DNA from: Vulcanimicrobiota bacterium
Lineage (GTDB): Bacteria; Vulcanimicrobiota; Vulcanimicrobiia; Vulcanimicrobiales; Vulcanimicrobiaceae
NCBI GenBank assembly: GCA_963726285.1
Contig: CAVSBV010000004.1
Span: forward strand, 18,659 to 82,658
Direction of reading: 5' to 3'
DNA length: 64,000 nt
Below are positions 42,012 to 52,111 of this stretch, one piece after another. The position numbers were made by a program, and so were the translations under genes. Position 1 is the first letter of the stretch; each line of letters opens with the position of its first letter. The notes beneath the pieces are model-generated. The model saw only the letters and a list, made by a program, of their open reading frames with translations. It did not search any database and had not been told where the DNA came from.

Positions 42012-43959
42012 ATCGGCGCTTCCGCCGCCGACCGCGTCGGAAGCTGCCTTTGAGCGCGCGTTCGCCTCGTTTGTCGGTGACGTCACCGAGGGCGTCGCTC
42101 CGAGTGAGGTCACCTCGTTTGTCGATCGAGTCTTTGCCAAGGCCGATGAGTACGCGAAGGATCGCTACGCGACGATCGGCGGTGCATCGCAATTTCATAG
42201 CAAGCTCGTCGGCGTCTCGTTCGAGGGACGGCAAGACACGATTGCCGGCCTTCGCGTCGGCGCCGATCTCACGCTGCAGCGCCAACCCGAGAACCAATTC
42301 GATCCCAACGCGCTGGCCGTGTACTACGGCGCGCTGCAGCTCGGCTTCGTGCGCAAAGAGATCGCCAAGCACCTTGCGCCGTTGATCGATGCCGGCGCGC
42401 GCTACCGCGCACGCATCGAGTCGCTCACCGGTGGGGGTGAGAAAAATCGCGGTGTCAACATTTACATGTGGCGCGACGCGGAGGCGTCGCTCGCTGCCAC
42501 TCCCTCGACTACGCTTCGCTACGCTCGGGATGACAAAGAAGACATCGTGCGCCGGGCGCTGATCGGCGATGCGCAACCGCACGAGGCGCAGCGGCAGGCG
42601 CTCGAGCGCATCGAAGCCGGGCGCAACACGCTGGTCGTGCTCGGTACGGGGCGTGGTAAGTCGTTCTGTTTTCAATATCCGGCGGCGGTACGCGCGCTTG
42701 CAGGCGGTGCCAAGACGCTCGTGCTCTATCCGCTGCGCGCCCTCGCGAACGATCAATATGAAGCGTTGATCCGCAAGTTCGACCCGCTGGGCTTGCGCAT
42801 CTATCGTGCGAACGGCTCGATCTCGCACGACGAACGCGAAGAGCTGTTCGCCGCGCTTCGTGAAGGTGCGTGGGATATCGTGCTTGCGACGCCGGAGTTT
42901 CTCGAATTCCATCGCGAAACGTTCGCAGGCGCGAGCCTTCCGTCGTTCGTCGTGGTCGACGAGGCGCATCACTTGTACGAATCGCGTCATCGCGCGGCGT
43001 ACGGCCGCCTCGGCACGACGATCGCTGCACTCGGCGCGCCGCAAATCCTTGCGCTCACCGCGACGGCAAACGATGAAGCGTTCGCCCACATCGTGCGCGA
43101 GTTGCATATCGAGGCTTGGGTGATCGATCCGACCGTTCGCGAGAACCTGCGCGTCGTCGATGCGCGCGAGACCAAGGATCGGCTCGACTATCTCCTCGAT
43201 TTGCTTGCTGAAGAAGAGAAGGCGATCGTCTATTGCAATTCGCGCAAGGAGGCGACCAAGCTCGCACAAAGCTTGCGCAAGAAGCTCGGCGATGCGGTGA
43301 TGTTCTACCACGCGGGTATGCCCTCACCCGAACGCGCTGAAGTCGAACGCTTCTTTCGCGAGGGGGAGCTGCGCGTGATCGTTGCGACCTCGGCCTTTGG
43401 CGAGGGCATCGACCTTCCCGACGTCCGCCATGTCGTGCTCTACCACCTCAACTTCGATTTCACCGAGTTCAACCAGCAGTCGGGTCGGGCCGGACGCGAC
43501 GGCGCGCCGGCTCAAATACATCTGCTCTTCGGAGCGCACGATCGCACGATCAACGAATTCATCATCGATCGCGATGCGCCGACGCTCGCGGTGTTGCGGG
43601 CGGTATACAAGGGCGTGCGCGGTATCGCGCGCGACGGCATCGTGCGCATGAATTACACCGACATCGCGCGTACGCTCGAACTCGACAAAGTCAGCGACCG
43701 CACGGTGAGCCGCGCGCTGCACATCTTCGATGACGAAGGCCTGGTAGAGATCGGCGAGGATGACGAGGGGCGATACGTCCGATTTTTGAACGTCGACGGC
43801 AAGGTCGACCTCGAGCGCAACGAGCGCTTCGCCGAAGGCGAAGCGGAACGCGAGAGCTTCAAACGATTCTGCGAGCTCGTGTTGAGCGCACGCGCCGAGG
43901 ATCTCGAGCGCATTATCAATCGTCCGATCTATCCGCAGCGTACCGAGCTCGTGCGATGA
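41983..43959 (+). CDS. RecQ-family DNA helicase with an N-terminal HIRAN domain
   Basis: 658 aa. HIRAN-like: LVGVSFEGRQDTIAGLRVGADLTLQRQPENQFDPNALAVYYGALQLGFVRKEIA. Helicase: LGTGRGKS, VVVDEAHH, LALTATA, QQSGRAGRDG. Confidence 0.85.
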   Translation: MSRTPRTKSKSALPPPTASEAAFERAFASFVGDVTEGVAPSEVTSFVDRVFAKADEYAKDRYATIGGASQFHSKLVGVSFEGRQDTIAGLRVGADLTLQRQPENQFDPNALAVYYGALQLGFVRKEIAKHLAPLIDAGARYRARIESLTGGGEKNRGVNIYMWRDAEASLAATPSTTLRYARDDKEDIVRRALIGDAQPHEAQRQALERIEAGRNTLVVLGTGRGKSFCFQYPAAVRALAGGAKTLVLYPLRALANDQYEALIRKFDPLGLRIYRANGSISHDEREELFAALREGAWDIVLATPEFLEFHRETFAGASLPSFVVVDEAHHLYESRHRAAYGRLGTTIAALGAPQILALTATANDEAFAHIVRELHIEAWVIDPTVRENLRVVDARETKDRLDYLLDLLAEEEKAIVYCNSRKEATKLAQSLRKKLGDAVMFYHAGMPSPERAEVERFFREGELRVIVATSAFGEGIDLPDVRHVVLYHLNFDFTEFNQQSGRAGRDGAPAQIHLLFGAHDRTINEFIIDRDAPTLAVLRAVYKGVRGIARDGIVRMNYTDIARTLELDKVSDRTVSRALHIFDDEGLVEIGEDDEGRYVRFLNVDGKVDLERNERFAEGEAERESFKRFCELVLSARAEDLERIINRPIYPQRTELVR

Positions 43960-44501
43960 GTGAAGAGCGGCGTCCGGCAGCGGTCGTGCTCGGCATCTTC
44001 GAAGATCCGCCGCACGGTGTGATCTTCATTGAGCGCGCGGCGCATCTGCGCAATCACGCGGGCCAAATCGGGCTGCCCGGCGGCGGGATGGATGCGGGTG
44101 ACGAGGGTGACCTTCGCACGACCGCGCTGCGCGAGATGTGGGAAGAGGTCGCGGTTGCGCCCGAGCGCGTGACGATCGTCGGGGAATTGCCGGTGATCAA
44201 CGCGCGCGTGAACCGCTATGCGGTCACGCCGTTCGTGGCGACGATCGCGCCCGGCGACCTGCGGGTCGACGCGACCGAGACCGTCGGGGTTTTTACCGTG
44301 CCGCTCGTCAACGTCGTACGCGACCTGCACGAGGACAAGGTCGAGGTTGGCGCCTTCACGATCGAGACGCCCGTGCTGGATCATGCTAACAAGCGCATTT
44401 GGGGCCTCACCGGGCACATTCTGCGTGCCTTTGTTGCGGCATGGAACGACCCGGAGCACGAATTACGGCTGCGCGTCGAGACAAGGCTCTCCTCGAAATA
44501 A
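43956..44501 (+). CDS. Nudix hydrolase (CoA pyrophosphatase-like)
   Basis: 181 aa. Nudix box LPGGGMDAGDEGDLRTTALREMWEEVAV. Confidence 0.85.
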   Translation: MSEERRPAAVVLGIFEDPPHGVIFIERAAHLRNHAGQIGLPGGGMDAGDEGDLRTTALREMWEEVAVAPERVTIVGELPVINARVNRYAVTPFVATIAPGDLRVDATETVGVFTVPLVNVVRDLHEDKVEVGAFTIETPVLDHANKRIWGLTGHILRAFVAAWNDPEHELRLRVETRLSSK

Positions 44502-44536
44502 TGGCGAACGCGCCAAAATATTAACGGAGGACCACG

Positions 44537-46633
44537 ATGCGGAGAATTCTCGCGGCGACGCTTCTTGTCGCCCTAATTGGCGCTTCCACGACGACGATGG
44601 CACGTGCCTACGGCGTCGCAGATGTGCTGAGCGCCCCTTACCCGGATAATCTCGTAGCCTCGCCCGACGGCACCGTGCTGGTGTGGAAAGTCGATGCGAG
44701 CGGTGTGAAAAATCTCTACACCAATGCGGGCGGCAGCATACACGCTATCACGCACTACACGGCCGACGATGGGCAGAACATCGATACGCCGCAGATACTT
44801 CCGAGCAACGACGCCGTGGTCTATCTGTGGGGCGGCGTCGAAGACGAAGCCGCCGGCGCGAATCCGAATCCGCTGCAAAAAATTCCGCCGCCGCAGCGCG
44901 CGATCTTCATCGTGCCGATCGCCGGCGGCGATCCGGTGCAGGTCGCCGAAGGCAACGGCGTCGCTCTTTCACCGAAGGGTGATGCGGTCGCTTTTACGAC
45001 CGCGCAAGGGCAGCTCGGCGTCGTATCGCTGACCAAGAGCGATGCGACCTTCACCGCCGGCAAGCCGGATATGCTCCCGATTCGCGGCTCCGCATCGAGT
45101 CTGGTGTGGTCGCCGGATGGTAAAAAAATCGCCTTTACCAACGCGCGCGGCGATCACTCGTTCATCGTGATCTACACGCCGTCAACACATACGTACGTTT
45201 ATGCGACGCCCGACTTTACGCAGGACGACGCAGCAGCATGGTCGCCGGACAGTTCGCGCGTAGCCTTTGTGCGTATGCCGGGACAGAAGATCGGCGAAAC
45301 GGTTTACGACTATAGCACGTTCGAAACGAACGATTCATCGAAAACGCCTTGGGCGATTTGGGTCGCCAATGCGAACAGCGGTAGCGCGCATCGCGTGTGG
45401 ACGGCGCGCCCAGGCATGGGGCACGCGTTCTATCCGTCGTCGAGCGCCGCGCAACTGTGGTGGATGACCGGCAATCACATTGCGTTCACGTGGGAGGCCG
45501 ACGGCTGGCCCCATATCTATGTCGTTTCAGCCAACGGCGGTTCGGCGACGCGGTTGACCACCGGCAATTTTGAAGTCGAAACGGTGGTCGCGTCGCTCGA
45601 TCGCTCGCACCTCCTCTACGCGACCAACGAAGGCGCGATCGACGAACGCCACATCTTCAGCGTGGGACTCGACGGCCGGCCGAAGGCGATGACCCATGGC
45701 CCTGGCAATCAGTGGTTCCCCACGGCGCTGGCAAACGGCGGTGCGGCCTACGTCGACGCGTGGTATGCGGCGCCACCGGTCGTAACGATCGCCGGTAGTC
45801 CGCCCAAGACGCTCGTTGCGGTGCAAACGCCGGCGAACTATCCGCAATCGCAGATGGTGCGCCCGCAACTCATTACGTACAAAGCGCCCGACGGGTGGAC
45901 GATTCACGCGCAACTCATGGTACCGCGCGGCGCGAAGGGCAAGATGCCGGCGATCGTATTCGATCACGGCGGGCCGCCGCGTCAGATGCTCGGTGGCTAC
46001 CATTATATGGAGCCGTACACGCATCTCTACGAGATGAACCAGTACCTGGTCAACAAAGGCTTCGTCGTGCTCTCGATCAATTATCGGCTCGGCATCATGT
46101 ACGGGTACAAGTTCCGCAATCCGCCCAACGGCGGCTGGCACGGCGGTTCGGAGTATCAGGATGTACTCGCCGGCGCAAAGTGGTTGCAGAAGCAGTCCTA
46201 TGTCGATCCCAATCGCGTGGGCATCTACGGGCTTTCGTATGGCGGCCTCTTGACCGCGCTTGCGCTCGCCCGCAACTCCGACGTCTTCAAAGTCGGTGCC
46301 GACTTCGCCGGCGTGCACGATTGGGTATCATCGTTTGATAAAGACTACGGTCATCCGGTCGGGACACCGGCACAGCGAAAGATCGCGCACATGTCGACCG
46401 CCGAGGGCTATCTCGACACGTGGAAGTCGCCGGTCTTCATCGAGCAAGGCGACGACGATCGCAATGTCGCGTTCTCACAGAGCGTCGATCTTGCAACCAA
46501 GCTGCGCTCGCGCGGCGTAACCGTGGAGACGCAAGTCTTTCCGGACGAAGCGCACGAGAACTTGGTATGGGCGCACTTGGTCGAGCAGTATACGGCCGCC
46601 GAAGCGTTTATGGCGCAGTACTTGCGACCCTAA
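44537..46633 (+). CDS. secreted S9-family serine peptidase (beta-propeller plus alpha/beta hydrolase)
   Basis: 698 aa with a signal peptide. GLSYGG nucleophile elbow, QGDDDRNV, DEAHEN. Confidence 0.85.
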   Translation: MRRILAATLLVALIGASTTTMARAYGVADVLSAPYPDNLVASPDGTVLVWKVDASGVKNLYTNAGGSIHAITHYTADDGQNIDTPQILPSNDAVVYLWGGVEDEAAGANPNPLQKIPPPQRAIFIVPIAGGDPVQVAEGNGVALSPKGDAVAFTTAQGQLGVVSLTKSDATFTAGKPDMLPIRGSASSLVWSPDGKKIAFTNARGDHSFIVIYTPSTHTYVYATPDFTQDDAAAWSPDSSRVAFVRMPGQKIGETVYDYSTFETNDSSKTPWAIWVANANSGSAHRVWTARPGMGHAFYPSSSAAQLWWMTGNHIAFTWEADGWPHIYVVSANGGSATRLTTGNFEVETVVASLDRSHLLYATNEGAIDERHIFSVGLDGRPKAMTHGPGNQWFPTALANGGAAYVDAWYAAPPVVTIAGSPPKTLVAVQTPANYPQSQMVRPQLITYKAPDGWTIHAQLMVPRGAKGKMPAIVFDHGGPPRQMLGGYHYMEPYTHLYEMNQYLVNKGFVVLSINYRLGIMYGYKFRNPPNGGWHGGSEYQDVLAGAKWLQKQSYVDPNRVGIYGLSYGGLLTALALARNSDVFKVGADFAGVHDWVSSFDKDYGHPVGTPAQRKIAHMSTAEGYLDTWKSPVFIEQGDDDRNVAFSQSVDLATKLRSRGVTVETQVFPDEAHENLVWAHLVEQYTAAEAFMAQYLRP

Positions 46634-47682
46634 CGCGCGAGACTCGTCGCAACGTGGACGAGCGCATTCGCCTGTTCGCCGAACTCGCGAAAGCGCTCGT
46701 CATGCGTTTGTCCCGCGTCATAGCGTTTGTAGATCTGCTGCAGGATCGCAGCGAAACGAAAGATGTTGAACACGTGATACCAACCGGCGGCTGAGGTGTC
46801 GAAGCCGGTTGCCGCACCGTAATACGCCACGACCTCGGCGCGCGTCATGAAGCCTTCGCGCCAGGTCGGCATCCCCCACAGCCGAAATGCGGGCGGGTCG
46901 TGCGCTTCGGGCCACAGCGCGAGCACGTAGCCCAAATCCATCAGCGGATCGCCATACGTGCACATATCCCAATCCAGCAATGCCGTGATGCGCGCCGGAT
47001 CGGCGGGATCGAGCAGCATGTTGTCGAGCTTGAAGTCGTTGTGCACGAGCGTCGCAGCCGGCGAGTGCGGCCGATGCTCGCGCAGCCACTCGACGAGTAC
47101 CGCTGCGTTGGCGGTGTGCGCGGTGCGCGCGGCCTCCCACCGGTCGATCCAGCCATCGAGTTGTCGTGCGACGTAGCCCTCGGGGTGCCCGAGTTCGGCG
47201 AGGCCCGCGGCTGCGACGTCGACGCGATGCAGCATCGCAAGCGTGTCGATGAGTGCGCGGCCGAGGCGTTGCGCGAACGCGACGTCGCCCTGTAGTTTAG
47301 CGGGAAGATCGCGGCGCATCGCGATGCCCCACTTGCGCTCTTCGATTACGAAGTCCGCGCCGATGATCGCATGGTCGGTGCACAGCACATAACTTTGCGG
47401 CGCGAGCGGAAAGCTGGCATAGAGTTTCGAGAGCACCGCGTGTTCGCGGCGCATGTCGTGTGCGCGTTCGGGAACGGGCCCGAGCGGCGGACGGCGAAGG
47501 ACGTACTCGTCTTCGTCGAACGCGACGAGATAGGTGAGATTCGCATGGCCGCCGGCGAACTGCCGCAGCGTGAAGGTACCGCGCACGCTCGGAAGATGCT
47601 CGCGCAAATACGGCTCGAGGTTCGCGGTGTCGAGGCGCTCTTCGGGACGTACGTCGATAACCTCGGGATCGTTGCGCGTCAC
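46630..47682 (-). CDS. aminoglycoside-phosphotransferase-fold kinase (APH/ACAD10-11 N-terminal type)
   Basis: 350 aa from GTG 47682 (GTGA overlap with the upstream stop): HNDFKLDNMLL and LLDWDMCTYGDP. Confidence 0.8.
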   Translation of the reverse strand: MTRNDPEVIDVRPEERLDTANLEPYLREHLPSVRGTFTLRQFAGGHANLTYLVAFDEDEYVLRRPPLGPVPERAHDMRREHAVLSKLYASFPLAPQSYVLCTDHAIIGADFVIEERKWGIAMRRDLPAKLQGDVAFAQRLGRALIDTLAMLHRVDVAAAGLAELGHPEGYVARQLDGWIDRWEAARTAHTANAAVLVEWLREHRPHSPAATLVHNDFKLDNMLLDPADPARITALLDWDMCTYGDPLMDLGYVLALWPEAHDPPAFRLWGMPTWREGFMTRAEVVAYYGAATGFDTSAAGWYHVFNIFRFAAILQQIYKRYDAGQTHDERFREFGEQANALVHVATSLAR

Positions 47683-48299
47683 TTGAGCGCTTCCAAATGC
47701 GCGATATCGTTGATGCTCACGAGCAAGCGGCGTCCGTCTCTCGCGCGCACGGTCGAGATCGACGTATTGCCGGCGGGGAAGAAGAAGTCGCTCGTGAGTC
47801 CCAGGAGCGAGGCGAGGTAGGCATTGATGGCGCCGGCGTGACTGACGAGCGCAACGCGCGCGCCCGGATGCGCTGCCACGATTGCTTCGACTGCTTCTTG
47901 CATGCGCGCGCGAATCGCCGGTGACGACTCCGTCCCAGGCAGATGCGACCATCCTCCACTAGCCATCGCGATCTCTGCGAGGTCATGCAAGGCCACGGGA
48001 CCGACGCCGGCGATCTCAACCTCGCGCAATCGAGCGTCTTGCGTTACCGCTCGGCCCGTCGCGAGCGCGATTGCCTCCGCGGTTTCGCGCGTGCGCTGCA
48101 GTGGGCTTGCATAGAGCGCCGCGATGTCGCGCCGCGCGAGCCGCGTTGCGAGCGCCGCAGCTTGGGCGCGTCCACGCTGCGTCAGGGGGAGATCGACATC
48201 CTTGGGTTCGACCGCTTCGCTCAGCGTGATCCCCTCGGCCTCTGCATGGCGGATCAGGAGCAGTTCGGTGGCGCCGTGAGCGACGCGAAAATCACGCAT
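47679..48299 (-). CDS. histidine phosphatase family protein
   Basis: 206 aa from ATG 48299, overlapping the ACAD stop by 8 nt: [10 protein letters not shown] and VSHAGAI. Confidence 0.8.
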   Translation of the reverse strand: MRDFRVAHGATELLLIRHAEAEGITLSEAVEPKDVDLPLTQRGRAQAAALATRLARRDIAALYASPLQRTRETAEAIALATGRAVTQDARLREVEIAGVGPVALHDLAEIAMASGGWSHLPGTESSPAIRARMQEAVEAIVAAHPGARVALVSHAGAINAYLASLLGLTSDFFFPAGNTSISTVRARDGRRLLVSINDIAHLEALK

Positions 48300-49479
48300 C
48301 GTATTTTGCAAGCTCCGCCTTGGCGATACTGCGCAGGTGCACTTCATCGGGACCATCGGCGATGCGCAGCGAGCGCGCGTTGATCCACGCGTGCGAAAGT
48401 CCCGTGTCGTCGAGGAGACCTTCCGCGCCGAAAGCTTGGATTGCGCGATCGACCACGTCTTGCGCGACGCGCGGCGTGGTGACCTTCGCCATTGCGATCG
48501 CCGTTGCGGCCCGCTTGTTGCCATGCTGGTCGAGTTGGCGCGCTGCATCATACACCAGGTGGCGAGCGCCGTCGATCTCGATGCGCGAGCGTGCGATCCA
48601 CTCGCGCACGATGCCTTGCTCTGCGAGCGGCCGGCCAAATGTTACGCGATCGCGCACGCGCAGACACAGCATGCGCATTACCCGTTCGCACAGTCCGAGC
48701 AAACGCAAACAATGATGCAAGCGCCCGGGGCCCAGACGCCCCTGCGCGATCTCAAAGCCGCGGCCTTCGCCCAAGATGATGTTCTCGATCGGCACGCGGA
48801 CATTTTCAAACGCCAACTCGGCATGTCCGAACGGCGCGTCATCGTATCCGAAGACCGGAAGGTGCCGCACGACACGCACGCCGGGATCGTGTATCGGCAC
48901 GAGAATCATTGACTGTTGCAGATGTGTCGCAGCGCGCGGATTGGTCTTGCCCATGAAGATCAACACCTGCGTGTGCGGATGCAACGCGCCGGTCGTCCAC
49001 CACTTGCGTCCGTTGAGGATGTACTGCTCGCCGTCGCGCACGATCGCCGCCTGGATATTTGTCGCGTCCGATGAGCCGACACCCGGTTCGGTCATTGCAA
49101 AGCCGCTGCGAATCTCGCCGCGAAGAAGGGGTTCGAGCCAGCGCTCGCGCTGTTGTGGCGAGCCATAGCGCGCCAACACTTCCATATTGCCCGTGTCGGG
49201 CGCGTTGCAGTTGAAGATCTCGGGCGCGATCGGTGAGGTCCCCATTAACTCACAAAGCGGCGCATATTCGCGATTGTCGAGTCCGGCGCCATACTGCGAG
49301 TCGGGGAGGAAGAGATTCCAAAGCCCTTGCGCGCGGGCATTGGACTTGAGCTCCTCCATGATGCCCGGCTGTGTCCAGCGCGTAGTGCCACTTTGCAGCT
49401 CTTGCGCATAACGCGACTCGTTCGGGTAAACGAACTCGTGCATAAACGCGTGCAATCGCTCGTGCAATGCCTGTGCCAT
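48292..49479 (-). CDS. acyl-CoA dehydrogenase family protein
   Basis: 395 aa: [15 protein letters not shown] and the C-terminal IADGPDEVH. Confidence 0.9.
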   Translation of the reverse strand: MAQALHERLHAFMHEFVYPNESRYAQELQSGTTRWTQPGIMEELKSNARAQGLWNLFLPDSQYGAGLDNREYAPLCELMGTSPIAPEIFNCNAPDTGNMEVLARYGSPQQRERWLEPLLRGEIRSGFAMTEPGVGSSDATNIQAAIVRDGEQYILNGRKWWTTGALHPHTQVLIFMGKTNPRAATHLQQSMILVPIHDPGVRVVRHLPVFGYDDAPFGHAELAFENVRVPIENIILGEGRGFEIAQGRLGPGRLHHCLRLLGLCERVMRMLCLRVRDRVTFGRPLAEQGIVREWIARSRIEIDGARHLVYDAARQLDQHGNKRAATAIAMAKVTTPRVAQDVVDRAIQAFGAEGLLDDTGLSHAWINARSLRIADGPDEVHLRSIAKAELAKYDA

Positions 49480-49555
49480 TGTCGCAGCACTTCCAGCCGG
49501 GCGGGAAAAGCGCCTTGCGTGCCCTAATCGACGACGTAACCTATTGGAGGGTTCA

Positions 49556-52111
49556 ATGCAACGTCGTTTTGCCGCGTGGTTGTTCGCCGCGAGTTTACTG
49601 CTTATTGCTCCGCCTGCTGCGCATGCGCAGTCGACCCCACCACGCGCGGCATCTCCCGTGCCGGGCGCCCCCGCCGGTGCGCCGGCTGCGGCCGCTGGTA
49701 ATCCGGCAGGCTACGACGCGTTCACGAAGGGCGCGACCGTTTCGCCCGGGTTGTTCCCGATCATCGAGAAGAATGGGACCTACTATCTCGAGGTGGCCAA
49801 GGCGCAATTCGGCCAGGACTTTATCGAGACGTCGATCCCCTCGAGCGGTTTTGGCGGGTTCGGGCCCGCGCCTGGCGAGCCGTACGTCGCGCCGGCGCGC
49901 ATCATGCGTTTCGAGCGGTATGGTAACGCACTCGTGTTGCGCTGGCCCAATACGTACGCGCGCGTGAATCCCAACTCACCCGAATCAGCCGGCGTCCACG
50001 AGAACCTTCCGGACTCGGTGATTGCAGTTACGCCGGTCGTCGCGCAGGACGACGCACGCGTCGTGATCGCGCTCTCCCCGTTCCTTGGCGACATCGCCGA
50101 TCTCGCGTCGAGCTTAGCAGACGCGTCGTCGAGTCCGCTGCACGCGTACCACATGGATAGCGCGAAGTCGTTTTTCATGAGCGCCAAGGCATTTGCGAAG
50201 AACGACGTGTTGCGTGTCGATCAAACCTGGACCAGCGCTACACCGGACCGGCTCGACAATGCGCCGGACGCGCGCAACGTCGAAGTGAAGATGACCTACA
50301 ATTTGATCGCGGCGCCAAACGACGGCTACACGCCGCGCATTGACGATCCTCGTATTGGATATTTCTCGCAACCGCTGCTCAACTTCTCGACAGACAGCGG
50401 CGAGATACGCCGCGACATCCATTACATCGCACGTTGGAACTTCGGTTCGCGGACGTCGGCTGCGCCCGTGAATGCCACCAATCCTATTGTCTTCTACTTG
50501 AGCAACGACATTCCGGTAGAATACCGCGACACGGTGCGTACCGCTCTGCTCACCTGGAACGACGCGTTCGCAAAAGTGGGGATTCTCGGCGCCGTCAAAG
50601 TCGAACAACAGCCGAGCGATCCGTCGTGGGATCCTGAAGACATCCAGCACAACATGATTCGCTGGATCGACACGAGCCAGCCACAATATGGTGCAGAAGC
50701 CTTGCTTGTCACCGATCCACGCACGGGCGAAGAGATCAACGTCGGCGTGAACTTCGACGCGATCGAGGGCATCGGGGGCCGTCTGACCTACAAATACGTC
50801 ATTGCGCCGGCACGTGGCCTGCAGGATTCGGCGACGCTCGAGCGAGCCTACGACGACGACTTCATTCGTTCGGTGATCCTGCACGAATCAGGCCACGACC
50901 TTGGATTGCAACACAACTTCATCGGCGAGCTTGCGTACACCGCGAAGAACATCCAGAGTAGGGCGTTCACACAGAAGTACGGCATCGCAACTTCGGTGAT
51001 GGAGTACAGCCCGACGAACATCTGGCCGAAGGGTACACCGCAGGGCGACTACAACCAAACCGTGCTCGGGCCGTACGACTACTACGCGATCAGGTATGGC
51101 TACGGCTACATTGCCAATGCGACGACGCCCGAGCAAGAGCTGCCGACGCTGCAAGCCTGGGCCTCGCGTTGGGCGGATCCAATGTATAGATTCGCAAGCG
51201 ATGAGGACGCTGACACGTTCGCCAGCGGACACGGGATCGATCCGCGCGTCGTGCAGTACGTGCTGACCAACAAACCGCTGCAATGGTGCGCGGGACAGAT
51301 GACGATGATGCACAACTTGCTCGACAACGTCAACGCGCGATTCCCCGAGCGCGGCATGCCGTACGACGAAGCGCGTTCTGCGTTCCTGACCCCGCTGCGC
51401 TTGGACCTTCGTTGCGCGGCGATGCCGGTCCACTGGATCGGTGGCGAGTATCTCTCGCGCGCGCGCAAAGGCGATCCCGGCGCCGGGCCTCCGCTTCAGC
51501 CGGTTGCGCTTGCAGATGAGCGCGCCGCGTGGGCGCAGCTTTCGAGCGGCCTCTTTGCTGACGCACCGTGGCGTTTCAATCCGCAGGTGCTCGATACGCT
51601 CACGTATTCTGAGGTCAGCTCACTTACCAACGGAGCATCGTGGTCGTACAATCCGACGCCGCGACACGACGTCTCGGTTGCCGCGTCGGTCGGCTCAGTT
51701 CAGCAAGCCGCACTGCGCGAGCTGTTCTCGCCGCTGCGTCTGCAGCGCATCGATGACCTCTCCAGTAAGTACGGCGTCGGGAAGACGATGTCGATGACCG
51801 ATCTCTTCGATTGGACACGCGCAAGCATTTTCGGCAGTATCGAAAGCGGAAGCGTTTCCAAGGAAGGACTCGTACGGCGCAATCTGCAGATGTCGTATGC
51901 GCGCCTCTTGGCGTTGATGGTAACGTTGCCGCCGACCGGGATGCCGAGCGACGCGCAAGCGCTCGCGCGGGTGAGCCTTGAGGATCTGCGTCACGATACG
52001 ACGGTGGCGCTGCAGCGCGGCGGCGTCGACGAACTGACGCGCGGTCATCTCGAGTTGTTGCAGACGGTTGCGGATCGTGCGCTGACCGCGCGCGCATTGA
52101 GCATCCCATGA
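49556..52111 (+). CDS. secreted zinc metalloprotease (HExxH)
   Basis: 851 aa from ATG 49556 (GGAGGG upstream). Signal peptide [24 protein letters not shown], active site [15 protein letters not shown]. Confidence 0.85.
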   Translation: MQRRFAAWLFAASLLLIAPPAAHAQSTPPRAASPVPGAPAGAPAAAAGNPAGYDAFTKGATVSPGLFPIIEKNGTYYLEVAKAQFGQDFIETSIPSSGFGGFGPAPGEPYVAPARIMRFERYGNALVLRWPNTYARVNPNSPESAGVHENLPDSVIAVTPVVAQDDARVVIALSPFLGDIADLASSLADASSSPLHAYHMDSAKSFFMSAKAFAKNDVLRVDQTWTSATPDRLDNAPDARNVEVKMTYNLIAAPNDGYTPRIDDPRIGYFSQPLLNFSTDSGEIRRDIHYIARWNFGSRTSAAPVNATNPIVFYLSNDIPVEYRDTVRTALLTWNDAFAKVGILGAVKVEQQPSDPSWDPEDIQHNMIRWIDTSQPQYGAEALLVTDPRTGEEINVGVNFDAIEGIGGRLTYKYVIAPARGLQDSATLERAYDDDFIRSVILHESGHDLGLQHNFIGELAYTAKNIQSRAFTQKYGIATSVMEYSPTNIWPKGTPQGDYNQTVLGPYDYYAIRYGYGYIANATTPEQELPTLQAWASRWADPMYRFASDEDADTFASGHGIDPRVVQYVLTNKPLQWCAGQMTMMHNLLDNVNARFPERGMPYDEARSAFLTPLRLDLRCAAMPVHWIGGEYLSRARKGDPGAGPPLQPVALADERAAWAQLSSGLFADAPWRFNPQVLDTLTYSEVSSLTNGASWSYNPTPRHDVSVAASVGSVQQAALRELFSPLRLQRIDDLSSKYGVGKTMSMTDLFDWTRASIFGSIESGSVSKEGLVRRNLQMSYARLLALMVTLPPTGMPSDAQALARVSLEDLRHDTTVALQRGGVDELTRGHLELLQTVADRALTARALSIP

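Noticed and set aside
41941-43311. 456-aa minus-strand ORF
   Set aside because: It is antisense to the HIRAN-RecQ gene and has Arg-rich shadow composition.
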